Below, piece by piece: positions 9,627 through 22,584 of a stretch of DNA of 64,000 nucleotides. The position numbers were made by a program, and so were the translations under genes. The notes beneath the pieces are model-generated. The model was given only the letters and a program-made list of their open reading frames with translations, was not told the origin of the DNA and made no database searches. The stretch is from Candidatus Micrarchaeota archaeon. GTDB taxonomy: Archaea > Micrarchaeota > Micrarchaeia > Anstonellales > Bilamarchaeaceae. Every line of letters starts with the position of its first letter. Position 1 is the first letter of the stretch. The stretch spans positions 25,071-89,070 of the forward strand of contig JAUSHJ010000045.1 of assembly GCA_030648615.1 (NCBI GenBank), given 5' to 3'.

Positions 9627-9630
9627 AATT

Positions 9631-10197
9631 TTAACCTTTTACCTCTGTAGCTCCAGATTCTATTTTATTATTTCTATTAACATAATGTTCAAATGTTTTC
9701 CCTAAAAAAGTAACTAAACCGATGGTAATTCCACCAGCAATACCTTGAAATATCCAATGACGATGATATGTGGAAAACAATGCTGCTAAAACAGGAGCGC
9801 TAAGAATAGTTGCTACTGTAGCCTCGCATGAAATTGGAAACCATGTATTTACTCGTGATGAATGTGTGTATCCAATTTCCCTTACTTCGAATCGTTCTTG
9901 TTCCGTCAACGTTTTCTGTGGCCATTCAAATATTTCTGCTTTTATTGCATGCGCTTTAACACGCATTAATTTAGTCTCTTCAATTTTATATCTCGCAAAA
10001 ACAATTGGATGCGATAGTATTGCAAGTGTCCTGCCTTTTCTTGGATTAACATAAGTATAAGAAAAATCAGATACTTTTCCATTTCCCCTCGTATCTGGAT
10101 GAATTAAACCTTTCCCAGTATATTTTGAGACGTAAAAAGCAAATACTTTGTCAATCGCCGATTTGAAAAGAACAGCTTTACCTTGTACAACAACCAT
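9631..10197 (-). CDS. Orphan two-TM membrane protein (YxxxExxxMR family) between rpl30e and nusA
   Basis: HPIVFARYKIEETKLMR motif, two hydrophobic segments; start approximate. Confidence 0.7.
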   Translation of the reverse strand: MVVVQGKAVLFKSAIDKVFAFYVSKYTGKGLIHPDTRGNGKVSDFSYTYVNPRKGRTLAILSHPIVFARYKIEETKLMRVKAHAIKAEIFEWPQKTLTEQERFEVREIGYTHSSRVNTWFPISCEATVATILSAPVLAALFSTYHRHWIFQGIAGGITIGLVTFLGKTFEHYVNRNNKIESGATEVKG

Positions 10198-10226
10198 TTG
10201 TGTTAACCTTTTTTTACAATGCAAAA

Positions 10227-10661
10227 TTACTTTGCTTTCTTCTTTACAAGATCAAGAATGTTTGAACTTCCTTGTTCATAAATCGACAATATGCTAATTG
10301 GAAATGGTTTACCGCATATGGAACCGAGATCGATTGAACTACCTTCAAATTCAATTGTAGGTACCTCGCTCTTCAATGCCTTGAATTTTTCCATGACTCC
10401 TGAGACATTGCCAGCAACTACGAAAAGTTTTGCCTTGCCAACTGCAGCATTCTTGAGACCAATATTAGAACCAAATTCTACTTTTCCACTTTCAACTGCC
10501 AATCTGATTGCAGCACTTAGAGGATTTTCTTTTTCTTTCTTAGACTTTCTCCTTCGCACTACTTTCTTAGTTGGAGCATACTCGTCTTTTCCTGCTTCGA
10601 GTTCACTATCAGTTTCAGTACTTTCTTCTACGCCCATTTTTTCTTCTTTTTCGTCAACCAT
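10227..10661 (-). CDS. rpl30e: 50S ribosomal protein eL30 with charged N-terminal extension
   Basis: LAVESGKVEFG, FEGSSIDLGSICGKPF. Confidence 0.93.
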   Translation of the reverse strand: MVDEKEEKMGVEESTETDSELEAGKDEYAPTKKVVRRRKSKKEKENPLSAAIRLAVESGKVEFGSNIGLKNAAVGKAKLFVVAGNVSGVMEKFKALKSEVPTIEFEGSSIDLGSICGKPFPISILSIYEQGSSNILDLVKKKAK

Positions 10662-10689
10662 AAAAATTACCCCTCATTTTTGTAAATAT

Positions 10690-11766
10690 TTACTTCTTTC
10701 CCTTTAGTATAAGCTTAATCTTACCAGTACCAACCGGAACGGTCTGACCAACTATAATATTTTCAGTTACACCGATAAGATTTTCATCTTCAGAGAACGC
10801 ACTTGCATTTATCAAATGCTTTATTGTTTCTTCGAAAGCTGCTCTTCCGAGTACACCGACTTTTTCTCCGCTTAAACCGTGTCTTCCAATTGATTTGACT
10901 TGACCAGAATAACATACTGCATCGGAAACAAGCATGATATGCCTAATGTCAACATAAAGTTTTTGCATGTCCATGACATCTTTTATTTCTTTTATGATTG
11001 CATTTCTAGCAGCTTCTATACCGAAAACTCGTTCGATTTCTTTTATGTTATTAGTATAGATTCTTTTCGGATCTACTGCTGGATTTTCCATGGCACCTAA
11101 AATATTACTTCCTGCAGCTCTTATAAAGTATTCACCGTCTCCTTTAAGTACCACTGCTCGTTCTATTCCAGGAACTCCTTTCACTATTCCGTTCTTAATT
11201 TTATTTCCGAGTCTGCGGACATTTTTAGCTGTGAACTCCAATGTCTCCTGTGGTTCGCCTTCCTTGGCAGTTTTTTTCTTCTCTTTTTTAGGAGAAATTA
11301 CTATTTTTTCTTCTCCTACTATTTTGAGATTAGCAGAAAAGTTTTCAAGAGCTTTCTTGAGTGCGTTGAAAGTAACACCTAAAGTTTTTCCATCTTTCTC
11401 ATTAAACGTAACAGTTATTGTCTTATCTGAAAGATCATCTTCTACTCTGGCGACATCTCTTACGAACACACTGGTTATTTCCAGCATTATTTTTCCAGCT
11501 TCTGCTTCACTTTTGTGAGCACTCTTGAGATAAATATCGATGACTGGTTTCTTTGGTTCTTTTTTTGAATCTACTATTTCAATTAATCTAGGAAGACCAG
11601 TTGGCACGTGCTCTGCTACACCTGCATAGTGGAATGTTCTCATTGTCATCTGTGTACCTGGTTCACCGATGCTTTGTGCTGCGATTACTCCAACTGCTTC
11701 GAACGCAGGAATAGATGCTTTCCTTAATTTTTCCATTTTGTCAGATTTATCAGATTTTTCTACCAT
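10690..11766 (-). CDS. rpoA2: RNA polymerase subunit A'' (Rpo1C)
   Basis: [39 protein letters not shown]. Confidence 0.97.
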   Translation of the reverse strand: MVEKSDKSDKMEKLRKASIPAFEAVGVIAAQSIGEPGTQMTMRTFHYAGVAEHVPTGLPRLIEIVDSKKEPKKPVIDIYLKSAHKSEAEAGKIMLEITSVFVRDVARVEDDLSDKTITVTFNEKDGKTLGVTFNALKKALENFSANLKIVGEEKIVISPKKEKKKTAKEGEPQETLEFTAKNVRRLGNKIKNGIVKGVPGIERAVVLKGDGEYFIRAAGSNILGAMENPAVDPKRIYTNNIKEIERVFGIEAARNAIIKEIKDVMDMQKLYVDIRHIMLVSDAVCYSGQVKSIGRHGLSGEKVGVLGRAAFEETIKHLINASAFSEDENLIGVTENIIVGQTVPVGTGKIKLILKGKK

Positions 11767-11788
11767 ATAAAAATCACCATTTTTATAT

Positions 11789-11818
11789 ATTTGTCGGCAT
11801 TTTTTCTTGACGACAAAT
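11789..11818. repeat. Solo hairpin unit of the tandem-hairpin family
   Basis: ATTTGTCG-gcattttttcttga-CGACAAAT just upstream of the rpoA2 SD. Confidence 0.6.
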
Positions 11819-11848
11819 CATAAATTTTTCACCTTGTAAATATTATTT

Positions 11849-12247
11849 TCATCTTATAACCAACTGAGCTCGCATAGAAGCTAAATACTGATCACTTTGA
11901 ACTTCGGAACGATTTACAACATAGAATGCCTGTTTCACTTCTTGTGGCAAAGATCCGACTAATCCCAAGAAACGAGACTGTGCAGTTGTAACCGCAGCAA
12001 CAAACTGTGATACTTCAGTACGAGTTTTTCTACCCTTACCCATAGATACGATATCATGTCTCAAAGCATGAAGTTGCCCAATTCTAGAAGCTAGGACAGA
12101 ATCTTCCTCTCCAGTAGCATACTTCACTTTTTTCTGTCGATCTTTCAACACAATCTCTACTGCACCAACCTGATTTGTAAATCCACGAACGTATGCTCGA
12201 GCATGATCCGGTAAAGGTTTTCCTTTGATATTAGAATGTCTTGTCAT
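11849..12247 (-). CDS. Orphan basic protein (MTR-start) between rpoA1 and rpoA2
   Basis: 132 aa ORF, GGAG SD. Confidence 0.7.
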   Translation of the reverse strand: MTRHSNIKGKPLPDHARAYVRGFTNQVGAVEIVLKDRQKKVKYATGEEDSVLASRIGQLHALRHDIVSMGKGRKTRTEVSQFVAAVTTAQSRFLGLVGSLPQEVKQAFYVVNRSEVQSDQYLASMRAQLVIR

Positions 12248-12268
12248 TGTATCTCCATTTAAATATTA

Positions 12269-12526
12269 TTAGTATCGTTTAGTTGGCTTTGCAACAGGAC
12301 AGATTAATGGAATTGGATACTCTCCCATTGAACCTAGCATATAGCTGCCACCAACATCGTGATAAATCGTAGGTCTTCTTCTTACGTATAATGTTGCACT
12401 TGCACATAAAATACCCTCACGTTCTACCAACGGTTCTTTTCTATGAATTACTAACCTGCTACCTCGTTGAAGCGAATAATGTCCTCTGATATTTCTTTCT
12501 TCTCTTCTTGTGAGTGTTCTTGTCAT
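12269..12526 (-). CDS. Orphan basic protein (MTR-start)
   Basis: 85 aa ORF, GGTGA SD. Confidence 0.65.
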   Translation of the reverse strand: MTRTLTRREERNIRGHYSLQRGSRLVIHRKEPLVEREGILCASATLYVRRRPTIYHDVGGSYMLGSMGEYPIPLICPVAKPTKRY

Positions 12527-12539
12527 TATTATTCACCAG

Positions 12540-12815
12540 TTATACATCAATATTTCCTTTACTAGCTGTACGTATTTCTCTAGCCCTCGCTTCGTTCCTT
12601 TCATTGGATTCTGCTACGTCTCTATCGATTCTTCGAGCATATTCTTGAAAGAACTGAACACTTGCACGAGTGTCAGCAAGTTGTTTTTCTGATGATTTGA
12701 TTTCTGGAACTTCTACTTCCAAAGGTTTACTTTTGAACGGAGGCTTTGTTGTATCTACAACGCTACCCGTCCTTCCGCTTCTACGACGTTGTGTATCAGC
12801 TCTGAATCTTGTCAT
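12540..12815 (-). CDS. Orphan basic/coiled-coil protein (MTR-start)
   Basis: 91 aa ORF, GGTGA SD. Confidence 0.65.
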   Translation of the reverse strand: MTRFRADTQRRRSGRTGSVVDTTKPPFKSKPLEVEVPEIKSSEKQLADTRASVQFFQEYARRIDRDVAESNERNEARAREIRTASKGNIDV

Positions 12816-12891
12816 TTTTTCACCATCAAATTAAATGCCTCGAGACCCAGAACCAAAATTCGGAACTGAAGACTCGAAACTCAAAACAGAA

Positions 12892-15558
<2,667 letters not shown>

Positions 15559-15580
15559 GTTTATTACCTCGTGAATATTA

Positions 15581-16183
15581 TTATCCTGATTGAGTTCCTG
15601 CACTTGATACTCCTCGTAAATGTTCTACGTTAGATAATATTGCTTCTGAAATATCAAATTGTACAGTCAATTTAGGATCGTAAGCTTTTCTTTCGCAACG
15701 TTGTCTTGCTACGTAACCCCATACCAAAGCAATTGCTACTCCAGCTGCAGAAGCCATGAACCGAAGATTGGAAAGACTAGGTCCGAGTGTCACGAAATGC
15801 GTAGCGATATCTGCAGCAAGAATAAGCGCAGTACCACCGGTTGCAATAATAGAACCTCGCAAGTCCCCCAGATGCTGCCATGCATTGGAATATGCATTCT
15901 TTCTAGCAGTTCTAACTATTACTTCACGCGATTCCACATTCGGAGAAGTCACCGGAGTCGCAACTTTAGCTTTAGCAATATCTCGCATGTATTTTCTTTC
16001 TGCCCTTGCATACCTAAATGCACAGACTGGATGCTCGAGCATTAGACTACGTTCGCCATCCAGATATTTTCTGCTGAAAACATCAAACGCTGATTTGCCT
16101 TTCGTAGATTTGAAACTAGCTCTAACTGTATCTTGCACTTCGCGGAACATCACACGTTCACTGAAACCGTATATTTTTACCAT
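15581..16183 (-). CDS. Orphan two-TM membrane protein (YxxxExxxMR family) between rpoB' and rpoA'
   Basis: HPVCAFRYARAERKYMR, ARKNAY, two hydrophobic segments. Confidence 0.7.
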   Translation of the reverse strand: MVKIYGFSERVMFREVQDTVRASFKSTKGKSAFDVFSRKYLDGERSLMLEHPVCAFRYARAERKYMRDIAKAKVATPVTSPNVESREVIVRTARKNAYSNAWQHLGDLRGSIIATGGTALILAADIATHFVTLGPSLSNLRFMASAAGVAIALVWGYVARQRCERKAYDPKLTVQFDISEAILSNVEHLRGVSSAGTQSG

Positions 16184-16258
16184 GATTTTTCAACCTTCTA
16201 CCAGAGTTCTACCATCTAGCATCTACCCTCTACCCGTAGTTCTAGCTTCTAGCAATAA

Positions 16259-18103
16259 CTATCCTTTATCCCTCATCAATAATCTTGGGAATATATACAA
16301 TGATTTTATTTCATCAAGCAACAACTTGAATGCGTAACTCATTTCAACTGCATGAACATTTTCACTTTCACAAACAGGACAAACATCCTTGTTTCTTGCG
16401 TAATCATGAGTTGCAACTCCACCACATTCGTTACAAACGAGTTGTACAGTCTTGTCGCTTTCTTCAAGCAGTCTTTCCCTGATTAACATACTTGCGCCGT
16501 AACCAAGTAAACAATCACGTTCCATTTCCCCGAATCTGAGACCACCTTCTCTTGCGCGGCCTTCAGTTGGCTGATGAGTAAGTAATTGCACTGGACCTCT
16601 CGATCTTACGTGCATCTTATTGCTTGCCAAGTGATGCAATCTCTGATAGAAAACTACACCAATGAATATTTTTGCTTTTATCTGCATACCAGTAATACCA
16701 TCATATAATATTTCTTCTCCGTGTTCTTCGAAACCGTTTTTCTTTAATATGTCACGATATTCTTCTTCACGATTACCACTGAACGCAGTTCCGTTCATCA
16801 ATTTACCTACTATACTTCCTGCTTTTCCACCTAGGGTTTCAAGCAAGTGACCACATGTCATTCTGCTTGGTATTGCGTGAGGGTTAACTATCAAATCTGG
16901 CACGATACCTTGAGCAGTAAATGGTAAATCTTCCGGTTGTGCTAAAAGACCGAGTACACCTTTCTGTCCATGTCTTGATGCAAACTTATCTCCTACCTCA
17001 GGAATTTTTATCACTCTTAGTCTGACCTTAACCAATCGGTTTCCGCTTGGACCTTCTGTGATAAGAACTGAGTCGACTTTTCCTGTTTCTCCAGGTTTCA
17101 GTGCTAGTGAGCTTTCTCTTTTTTTCTCTTCAACTGAACCAAAAACAGATATTTCTTCAAGGAATCTTGGAGGTGAGGTTTTACCAACTAAAACTTCTTT
17201 TCCAAATACTTCGCTTTCTGGTAAAATTATACCATCTTCAGATAAATGTTTGTAAATCTCTTCACCACGATAGCCAGCTACTTCTGGAGTTGGTGCTTCT
17301 ATTTTATCTTTCTGACCACCAGGATAAATTCTTTCTTCTGTTTCGTATGTTTTGAGCATTGCAGTTCTGAATAAACCCCTATCAATGGCAGCACGATTAA
17401 CGACAATAGCATCTGCCATGTTGTAACCGTGATAACTAGTTAATGCAACTACACAGTTTTGACCTGCAGCTTTATTTTTAAGTTTCAAAGCGTCATACAT
17501 CTTGGTTTTTACAAGAGGTTGCTGTGGACCGTAGAGAATATATGCTCTCGTATCAAATCTAAGATTGAAATTAGATGCATATGTACCAAGACTTTGCTTA
17601 GCCATTGCGCAAGCCATGGTAATTCTCGGTGAAGAGTTATATTCTGGGTAAGGAAGAACTGATGCAACTACACCAAATATTGTTGAGGCATCGATTTCCA
17701 AATGAGTATGCTCTGGGGAAATGCTCTCTGGCTTCAGTGCCACGTAGGCATTCTCTTCCTCTTGAGCATCCAGGAATTCTATAACTCCCATTTTTATCAA
17801 ATGATGCCAATTGATTGTATTATTTTTTAATTTCTCAAGCATTTCTGAAGTAAGTCTTGCCTTTCCAGCTTCCACTACGATATAAGGTCTGCGTACTCTA
17901 CCTTTATCAGTAGTTATATGTAATTCATCAGCTTTTTCAGTATAGTAAACGTTAACCTGGTGATTGAGTTCGTTGGTTCTTCTTTTTTCTCTCAAACGAT
18001 TTGCAAGATCTCTACCATTAGCGTGAGTACCGACTAATTTCCCATTAAGATAAATTGAAGTTCGTGCATCTGCAGATCTCACTCTTCTTTTCCTTTTTGC
18101 CAT
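16259..18103 (-). CDS. rpoB1: RNA polymerase subunit B' (Rpo2C)
   Basis: GDKFASRHGQKG, NPHAIPSRMT, GGLRFGEMERD, C-terminal Zn ribbon. Confidence 0.98.
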   Translation of the reverse strand: MAKRKRRVRSADARTSIYLNGKLVGTHANGRDLANRLREKRRTNELNHQVNVYYTEKADELHITTDKGRVRRPYIVVEAGKARLTSEMLEKLKNNTINWHHLIKMGVIEFLDAQEEENAYVALKPESISPEHTHLEIDASTIFGVVASVLPYPEYNSSPRITMACAMAKQSLGTYASNFNLRFDTRAYILYGPQQPLVKTKMYDALKLKNKAAGQNCVVALTSYHGYNMADAIVVNRAAIDRGLFRTAMLKTYETEERIYPGGQKDKIEAPTPEVAGYRGEEIYKHLSEDGIILPESEVFGKEVLVGKTSPPRFLEEISVFGSVEEKKRESSLALKPGETGKVDSVLITEGPSGNRLVKVRLRVIKIPEVGDKFASRHGQKGVLGLLAQPEDLPFTAQGIVPDLIVNPHAIPSRMTCGHLLETLGGKAGSIVGKLMNGTAFSGNREEEYRDILKKNGFEEHGEEILYDGITGMQIKAKIFIGVVFYQRLHHLASNKMHVRSRGPVQLLTHQPTEGRAREGGLRFGEMERDCLLGYGASMLIRERLLEESDKTVQLVCNECGGVATHDYARNKDVCPVCESENVHAVEMSYAFKLLLDEIKSLYIFPRLLMRDKG

Positions 18104-18127
18104 AAAATGAACACCTCAAACTTTGTT

Positions 18128-18219
18128 TGAGGACCGACAAATCGAAGTTTCGATTTGTGGTCCACAAAATGCCACTAGCATTTTGTAGGATTTTTGAACA
18201 ACAGTTCAATCAATCCTCA
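18128..18219. repeat. Multi-hairpin element of inverse polarity (ACAA...TTGT)
   Basis: GGACC-g-ACAAATCGAA-gt-TTCGATTTGT-GGTCC; ACAAAATGC-cacta-GCATTTTGT; TTGAAC-aaca-GTTCAA. Confidence 0.75.
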
Positions 18220-18235
18220 TTAATGAATATTATTT

Positions 18236-18550
18236 TTATTCTAGTTTACTTCGACGCCTACTGTAAGTTATAGCAACCGGAACACGTCCAGAGCCTGGAT
18301 GAGTAATACCATCACGTACACTATGAGTTGGACCGACTACAATTCCTCCACGAATGAGACTAGTTTCTCTAGCCCGAACAAATGGATGTCCACCACCATC
18401 ACCAAATGCAGAAGCTTCTGCAAGTGGATTTTCAACCAAACCTCTTCGATTACGAACATCTGCCCTGACACCGGCATGTCTTCTGCTGGTATTGACTGGC
18501 TCTGCAGCTTGTCTTTGAATTGATCGATCTTGAGTTTTTTGTCTTGACAT
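18236..18550 (-). CDS. Orphan Arg/Gly-rich protein between rpoB'' and rpoB'
   Basis: Open frame filling the gap, start just after the rpoB'' stop. Confidence 0.55.
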   Translation of the reverse strand: MSRQKTQDRSIQRQAAEPVNTSRRHAGVRADVRNRRGLVENPLAEASAFGDGGGHPFVRARETSLIRGGIVVGPTHSVRDGITHPGSGRVPVAITYSRRRSKLE

Positions 18551-18555
18551 GAAAA

Positions 18556-20004
18556 TCACTTGACGTCAAACGCTTTGAGCAATTTATGAATTTCCTCATC
18601 ATCAATACCTGTGGAAACTTCTGCCATAACTGCAATGTTCTTTACAAGAGAACAACTTGGACCTTCTGGAGTTTCGTTCGGACATAATTTACCAAGATGA
18701 GTACCATGGAGATCTCTTGCTTTGAAGTGTGGATGCTTCTTGCTCAGTGGAGAAATAACTCTCCTCAAATGCGAAATAGTTGAAAGATAACTGACACGAT
18801 CAAGTAATTGTGAAACACCAGTTTGACCTGCAATCCAGTTACCGGTTGCCATTGCATATCTTATTCTGTCTGCCATAGCATCCTGTCTAACTAAAGTATG
18901 TACTTGCAATCTTCTTCCACGAGCATCTGCTCTTGAAGCCTGATAAACTAAATCTTTGATCAAGAATTGGAATGCATATCTAAACAACTCTTCCATCATT
19001 TCTCCGGCTAATTTCACTCGCTTATTTGCATAGTGATCTTTGTCATCAGGAGCAATTTCTTTATATGAAACTCGGGTTGCTTTTTCTGCCATCTTTATTA
19101 AAAATTTAGCTTTTTCAATTCTGTCAGCTTTTGTTACACCAACGTGAGGCAAAAGATAATTATCGATTAGGCTTTCCATCCTGTTTAATCGGAATTCTGC
19201 AGGCTGGCCTGGAGAAAGTTTTCTGCTAAGTAGATCGACTGCATCTTCTCTGACTTTACTCTCTTCTGTTTCCGTATTGAGTATCACATCGTTCTGTATG
19301 TGCTTCTGCTGAGAGAATGCTTTTGATATCTCGCTATTACTTTCGAAAGCTAAAACTCTCAAAAGTTGAAGTAATGGTATTCCTGCTGGAGCTGATGGGA
19401 ATTCTACGCTGAATGCACCATCTGCATTTCTTTCAACCACACATCTTGCTCTAAATCCATAATGAGTTGAAAATATTTTTGCCACGATACCAGATTTTTC
19501 TGTGGTTACCATCAGTTTGTTTGGTACCAAATCTTCTATGCTAACCAATACACGTTCACTTCCATTGATGATAAAATATCCACCCGGATCGTCTGGATCT
19601 TCGCCATTTTGAATAAGTTCGCTTTCACTTAAATTAGATAAATAACATAATTTTGATTTTACCATTACTGGAATTTCACCAATAAAAACATCACTGTAGG
19701 TTGGTCGTTCAACACCGTTGAAAATTGGAATTATTTCAAGAAAAACAGGTGAAGCGTAGGTAAGATTTCTTAATCGTGCTTCAGTTGGATGGATCTGCAT
19801 GTAACCACCTTTTACTTCGTAATATCGTGGCTGCTCTATCCTAACTTTTCCAAGCTTAAGTTCAAAACCTTCTACGTTAGTTTGTATTTTTCCTATATGA
19901 GTAACAACATCCTGTATCCCCTTATCAACAAATTTATTGTAGGATTCGAATTGTTGTTTTACTAAAGTATTTGCTCGATAATATGCTTCAATTAATCCAT
20001 CCAT
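18556..20004 (-). CDS. rpoB2: RNA polymerase subunit B'' (Rpo2N)
   Basis: EARLRNLTYASP, DPGGYFIINGSERV, CPNETPEGPSCSLVKN. Confidence 0.98.
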   Translation of the reverse strand: MDGLIEAYYRANTLVKQQFESYNKFVDKGIQDVVTHIGKIQTNVEGFELKLGKVRIEQPRYYEVKGGYMQIHPTEARLRNLTYASPVFLEIIPIFNGVERPTYSDVFIGEIPVMVKSKLCYLSNLSESELIQNGEDPDDPGGYFIINGSERVLVSIEDLVPNKLMVTTEKSGIVAKIFSTHYGFRARCVVERNADGAFSVEFPSAPAGIPLLQLLRVLAFESNSEISKAFSQQKHIQNDVILNTETEESKVREDAVDLLSRKLSPGQPAEFRLNRMESLIDNYLLPHVGVTKADRIEKAKFLIKMAEKATRVSYKEIAPDDKDHYANKRVKLAGEMMEELFRYAFQFLIKDLVYQASRADARGRRLQVHTLVRQDAMADRIRYAMATGNWIAGQTGVSQLLDRVSYLSTISHLRRVISPLSKKHPHFKARDLHGTHLGKLCPNETPEGPSCSLVKNIAVMAEVSTGIDDEEIHKLLKAFDVK

Positions 20005-20047
20005 TAATTACACCCCATTGCGATTTCCTGTGAAAAACAGTAACCGA

Positions 20048-20308
20048 TTAACCATCTATGACTAACTTATAACAGGTAGATTTGCCAGTAAGATCACTAC
20101 GATTTATTTCTACTACGTCATCTACGCTTGCCTTTAGAGCTACCATTGAACTATCAGAAACAAGTAACCTAGGAAGCTGCCATTTAGTTATATTATATTT
20201 CTTAAGAACTCGATTTTTTTCTTCTGTGGACAGAATCTTCATTTCTGGCACGAGTACATGCGAGAGAACGTCTATACCTTCGGTTTTTACTTTCTTTCTC
20301 TTAACCAA
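20048..20308 (-). CDS. rpoH: RNA polymerase subunit H (Rpo5)
   Basis: HVLVPEMKILS, QLPRL, VVEINRS; probable TTG start after GGTGG. Confidence 0.92.
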   Translation of the reverse strand: MVKRKKVKTEGIDVLSHVLVPEMKILSTEEKNRVLKKYNITKWQLPRLLVSDSSMVALKASVDDVVEINRSDLTGKSTCYKLVIDG

Positions 20309-20496
20309 CGAACCACCTATAGAATAGATATACAAACAGGCGATATGACTAGTAAACTGCAAAAAACAGAGTTCCAGCAATCGCTCTAAAGCATTATCAT
20401 AGTTTGTCTAAGAGATAATTTAGGAAGGAAAGATTTAAATAACATTGCTTAAAATGCTAAATTGCATATTTACAAGGTCGATAATGTTGCTAGTAA

Positions 20497-21315
20497 CTAG
20501 GAACTAATAGAGAATAACTGATTCAAACGCGCAGCTTCCAGTTGAACAGAAGTTAGTAAATTTAAAGAATCTGGAATTACTCCAGCTGCAAATTTTGTTA
20601 TATCTTCCACAGTAACGTCTCGTGCAAGTTCTTTTGTAATTTTTCCTTTCCCATTGATTTCTATAAGATCATGCGTAACGTATGTCACTCTGAACGCTCC
20701 ATGACAGTTATAACCTGCATCGATGATACGCCTAGAATAGAAACCGCTAACATCACGAACCACGGGTCTTACACCTGCACTATCAACTCGGAATAACCAT
20801 CTCTTTTTTCGATCTCTAATCCTTTGTGCTAAGCCCTGATCCATTTGTAAAGGTACTCTTGTGGCATCATCCACTATCCCACACTCGCCATTGATTTGAA
20901 TAAACGGAGTTATAACAGTAATTTGTTGTAGTTTAGCTAAGACAATTACTCTTTGGTCAGAAACTTCTAAACTTTCAGGATCGACAAATAGACCTGCATT
21001 TTCTACCCCCACTACTTCTTTAGGAACACATGAACCAGGAAATATCCATTCCTTCCGTCCATCATTTTTATGATTATCAACGATGTCTATTCCTTTCTTA
21101 AATAACGCATATCTTTCCGGGTAAACAAGAATTTCTCTTGACCAGACAGGATAAACACTCCTCATTTCTTGATATCTTTTTGACCCTACAAGATAATTAT
21201 CATGTAAAACATTGGAAGGCAATCCACCTTGAGCAGCTATAGCATTTCTGGCTTCAATAAAAGGCAGGTTCTGAGCAATTGGAACTATTCTTGGACGGAA
21301 TATAAGATTTGTCAT
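20497..21315 (-). CDS. Hypothetical protein related to 58092/58782 ORFs, with DGR-target-like segment
   Basis: PF..SN..LVGS motif shared; RPVVRDVSGFYSRRIIDAGYNCHGAFRV. Confidence 0.65.
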   Translation of the reverse strand: MTNLIFRPRIVPIAQNLPFIEARNAIAAQGGLPSNVLHDNYLVGSKRYQEMRSVYPVWSREILVYPERYALFKKGIDIVDNHKNDGRKEWIFPGSCVPKEVVGVENAGLFVDPESLEVSDQRVIVLAKLQQITVITPFIQINGECGIVDDATRVPLQMDQGLAQRIRDRKKRWLFRVDSAGVRPVVRDVSGFYSRRIIDAGYNCHGAFRVTYVTHDLIEINGKGKITKELARDVTVEDITKFAAGVIPDSLNLLTSVQLEAARLNQLFSISS

Positions 21316-21395
21316 AAATAACACTACTCAAAATATTTTAATATGTGATATGAAGGGATTAATAATGTTTGTATATGGTACTGATGCTAACGAGA

Positions 21396-21779
21396 CTAAT
21401 GCCCCTTAGATTTCGCCATATAAGATATTACAGAAGCCAGGAAATAGTAATATAAAACAAATATTATGAAAACTACGATTCGATTAAGATAACTGTAAGT
21501 GTTTATCCCAAAATAACTAATTATTGAAATAATTATGTGCCCAGTTACAAGAAGTGGAGCAGATATTGCTAACCATATCCAGTAGAAGACTAACGATAAT
21601 GTAGAGTCTACGTAAAATCTGAAAGTCTCATAGAATGGAGCGAGTTTCAAATCATCAGATCTTGCACCATAAAAAGTTGAAGAATAACTGCCCAAGAAGT
21701 GCAGTACAATAAGAAATATGAATAAAATAATATTGATAACTCCTGGCTTGAATAATGCGAAATGATCTTCTTCTGCCAT
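21396..21779 (-). CDS. Hypothetical small polytopic membrane protein
   Basis: Hydrophobic ORF; probable start MAEEDH avoids overlap with guaA-A. Confidence 0.6.
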   Translation of the reverse strand: MAEEDHFALFKPGVINIILFIFLIVLHFLGSYSSTFYGARSDDLKLAPFYETFRFYVDSTLSLVFYWIWLAISAPLLVTGHIIISIISYFGINTYSYLNRIVVFIIFVLYYYFLASVISYMAKSKGH

Positions 21780-21830
21780 AGCTATAATTAATAGTGCAAG
21801 GATTAAAAAGCGAACCTCAGTAAAAAACTT

Positions 21831-22406
21831 ATGAGCACCCTCATTGTCGATCACGGTTCCCAATATACTCACTTGATTAAGAGAAATTGTCGTGACTTAG
21901 GTTACGATGCTGAAATTGTCAATAGCAAAACCGGCAAACTAAGCGAGATTAATATAACTGAAATTAAAAAAATTATTCTAAGCGGTGGTCCTAGTTCAGT
22001 TTATGCAAATAGCAATGGGCTGGGGGAAGAAATAGCAAAGAAAGTAGCAACAAGTGAAATAAAAGTTCCAATATTAGGAATATGTTTCGGACATCAACTG
22101 CTAGCACACGTCTTCGGTGGAAAGGTTGAAAAAGGAAAAAGTGCGGAATATGGATTAAGCAGAATTACTATTGATGATGAAGATTTACTACTTAGCGGAA
22201 TACCTAAAGAGTTTAATGCCTGGACGAGCCACTTTGATGAAGTCAATGAATTACCAAAAAAATTTATAGCACTTGCACACAGTGACTCTTGTAAATACGA
22301 GGCAATGCGGCACGAAACCAGAAATATTTTTGGTTTGCAATTTCATCCAGAAGTCTGGCACACTGAACATGGTGAACAGATTTTGAAGAATTTTTTGGAG
22401 TTATAA
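21831..22406 (+). CDS. guaAA: GMP synthase glutamine amidotransferase subunit A
   Basis: DHGSQYTHLI, LSGGPSSV, GICFGHQ, GLQFHPEV triad. Confidence 0.92.
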   Translation: MSTLIVDHGSQYTHLIKRNCRDLGYDAEIVNSKTGKLSEINITEIKKIILSGGPSSVYANSNGLGEEIAKKVATSEIKVPILGICFGHQLLAHVFGGKVEKGKSAEYGLSRITIDDEDLLLSGIPKEFNAWTSHFDEVNELPKKFIALAHSDSCKYEAMRHETRNIFGLQFHPEVWHTEHGEQILKNFLEL

Positions 22407-22476
22407 GGCGCCACATAAAAAACTCATGTCGCCTAGCTAGTCATTTGTTTTTCTTACAGACGCGATTCCAGTCGCT

Positions 22477-22540
22477 CTCGATTGTTCTGTGGAACAATGG
22501 GCATATTGTCGCCGTAGCGACAATCATGTCGCGACAGCCG
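22477..22540. repeat. Tandem-hairpin element, copy 2
   Basis: CTC-g-ATTGTTC-tgtg-GAACAAT-GGG; CAT-ATTGTCGC-cgta-GCGACAAT-c-ATG; TGTCGCGACA. Confidence 0.88.
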
Positions 22541-22584
22541 TTTAATGAATAGAAATTAATAACTAGCACTGTATTAACTTAGTT

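Noticed and set aside
15659-16337. Plus-strand ORFs antisense to core genes (e.g. 15756..16337, 6832..7269, 11090..11518, 57339..57728)
   Set aside because: Shadow frames of well-supported opposite-strand genes with no recognisable motifs.
16259-20004. Split RpoB and RpoA as a novelty
   Set aside because: Both splits are well known in archaea.
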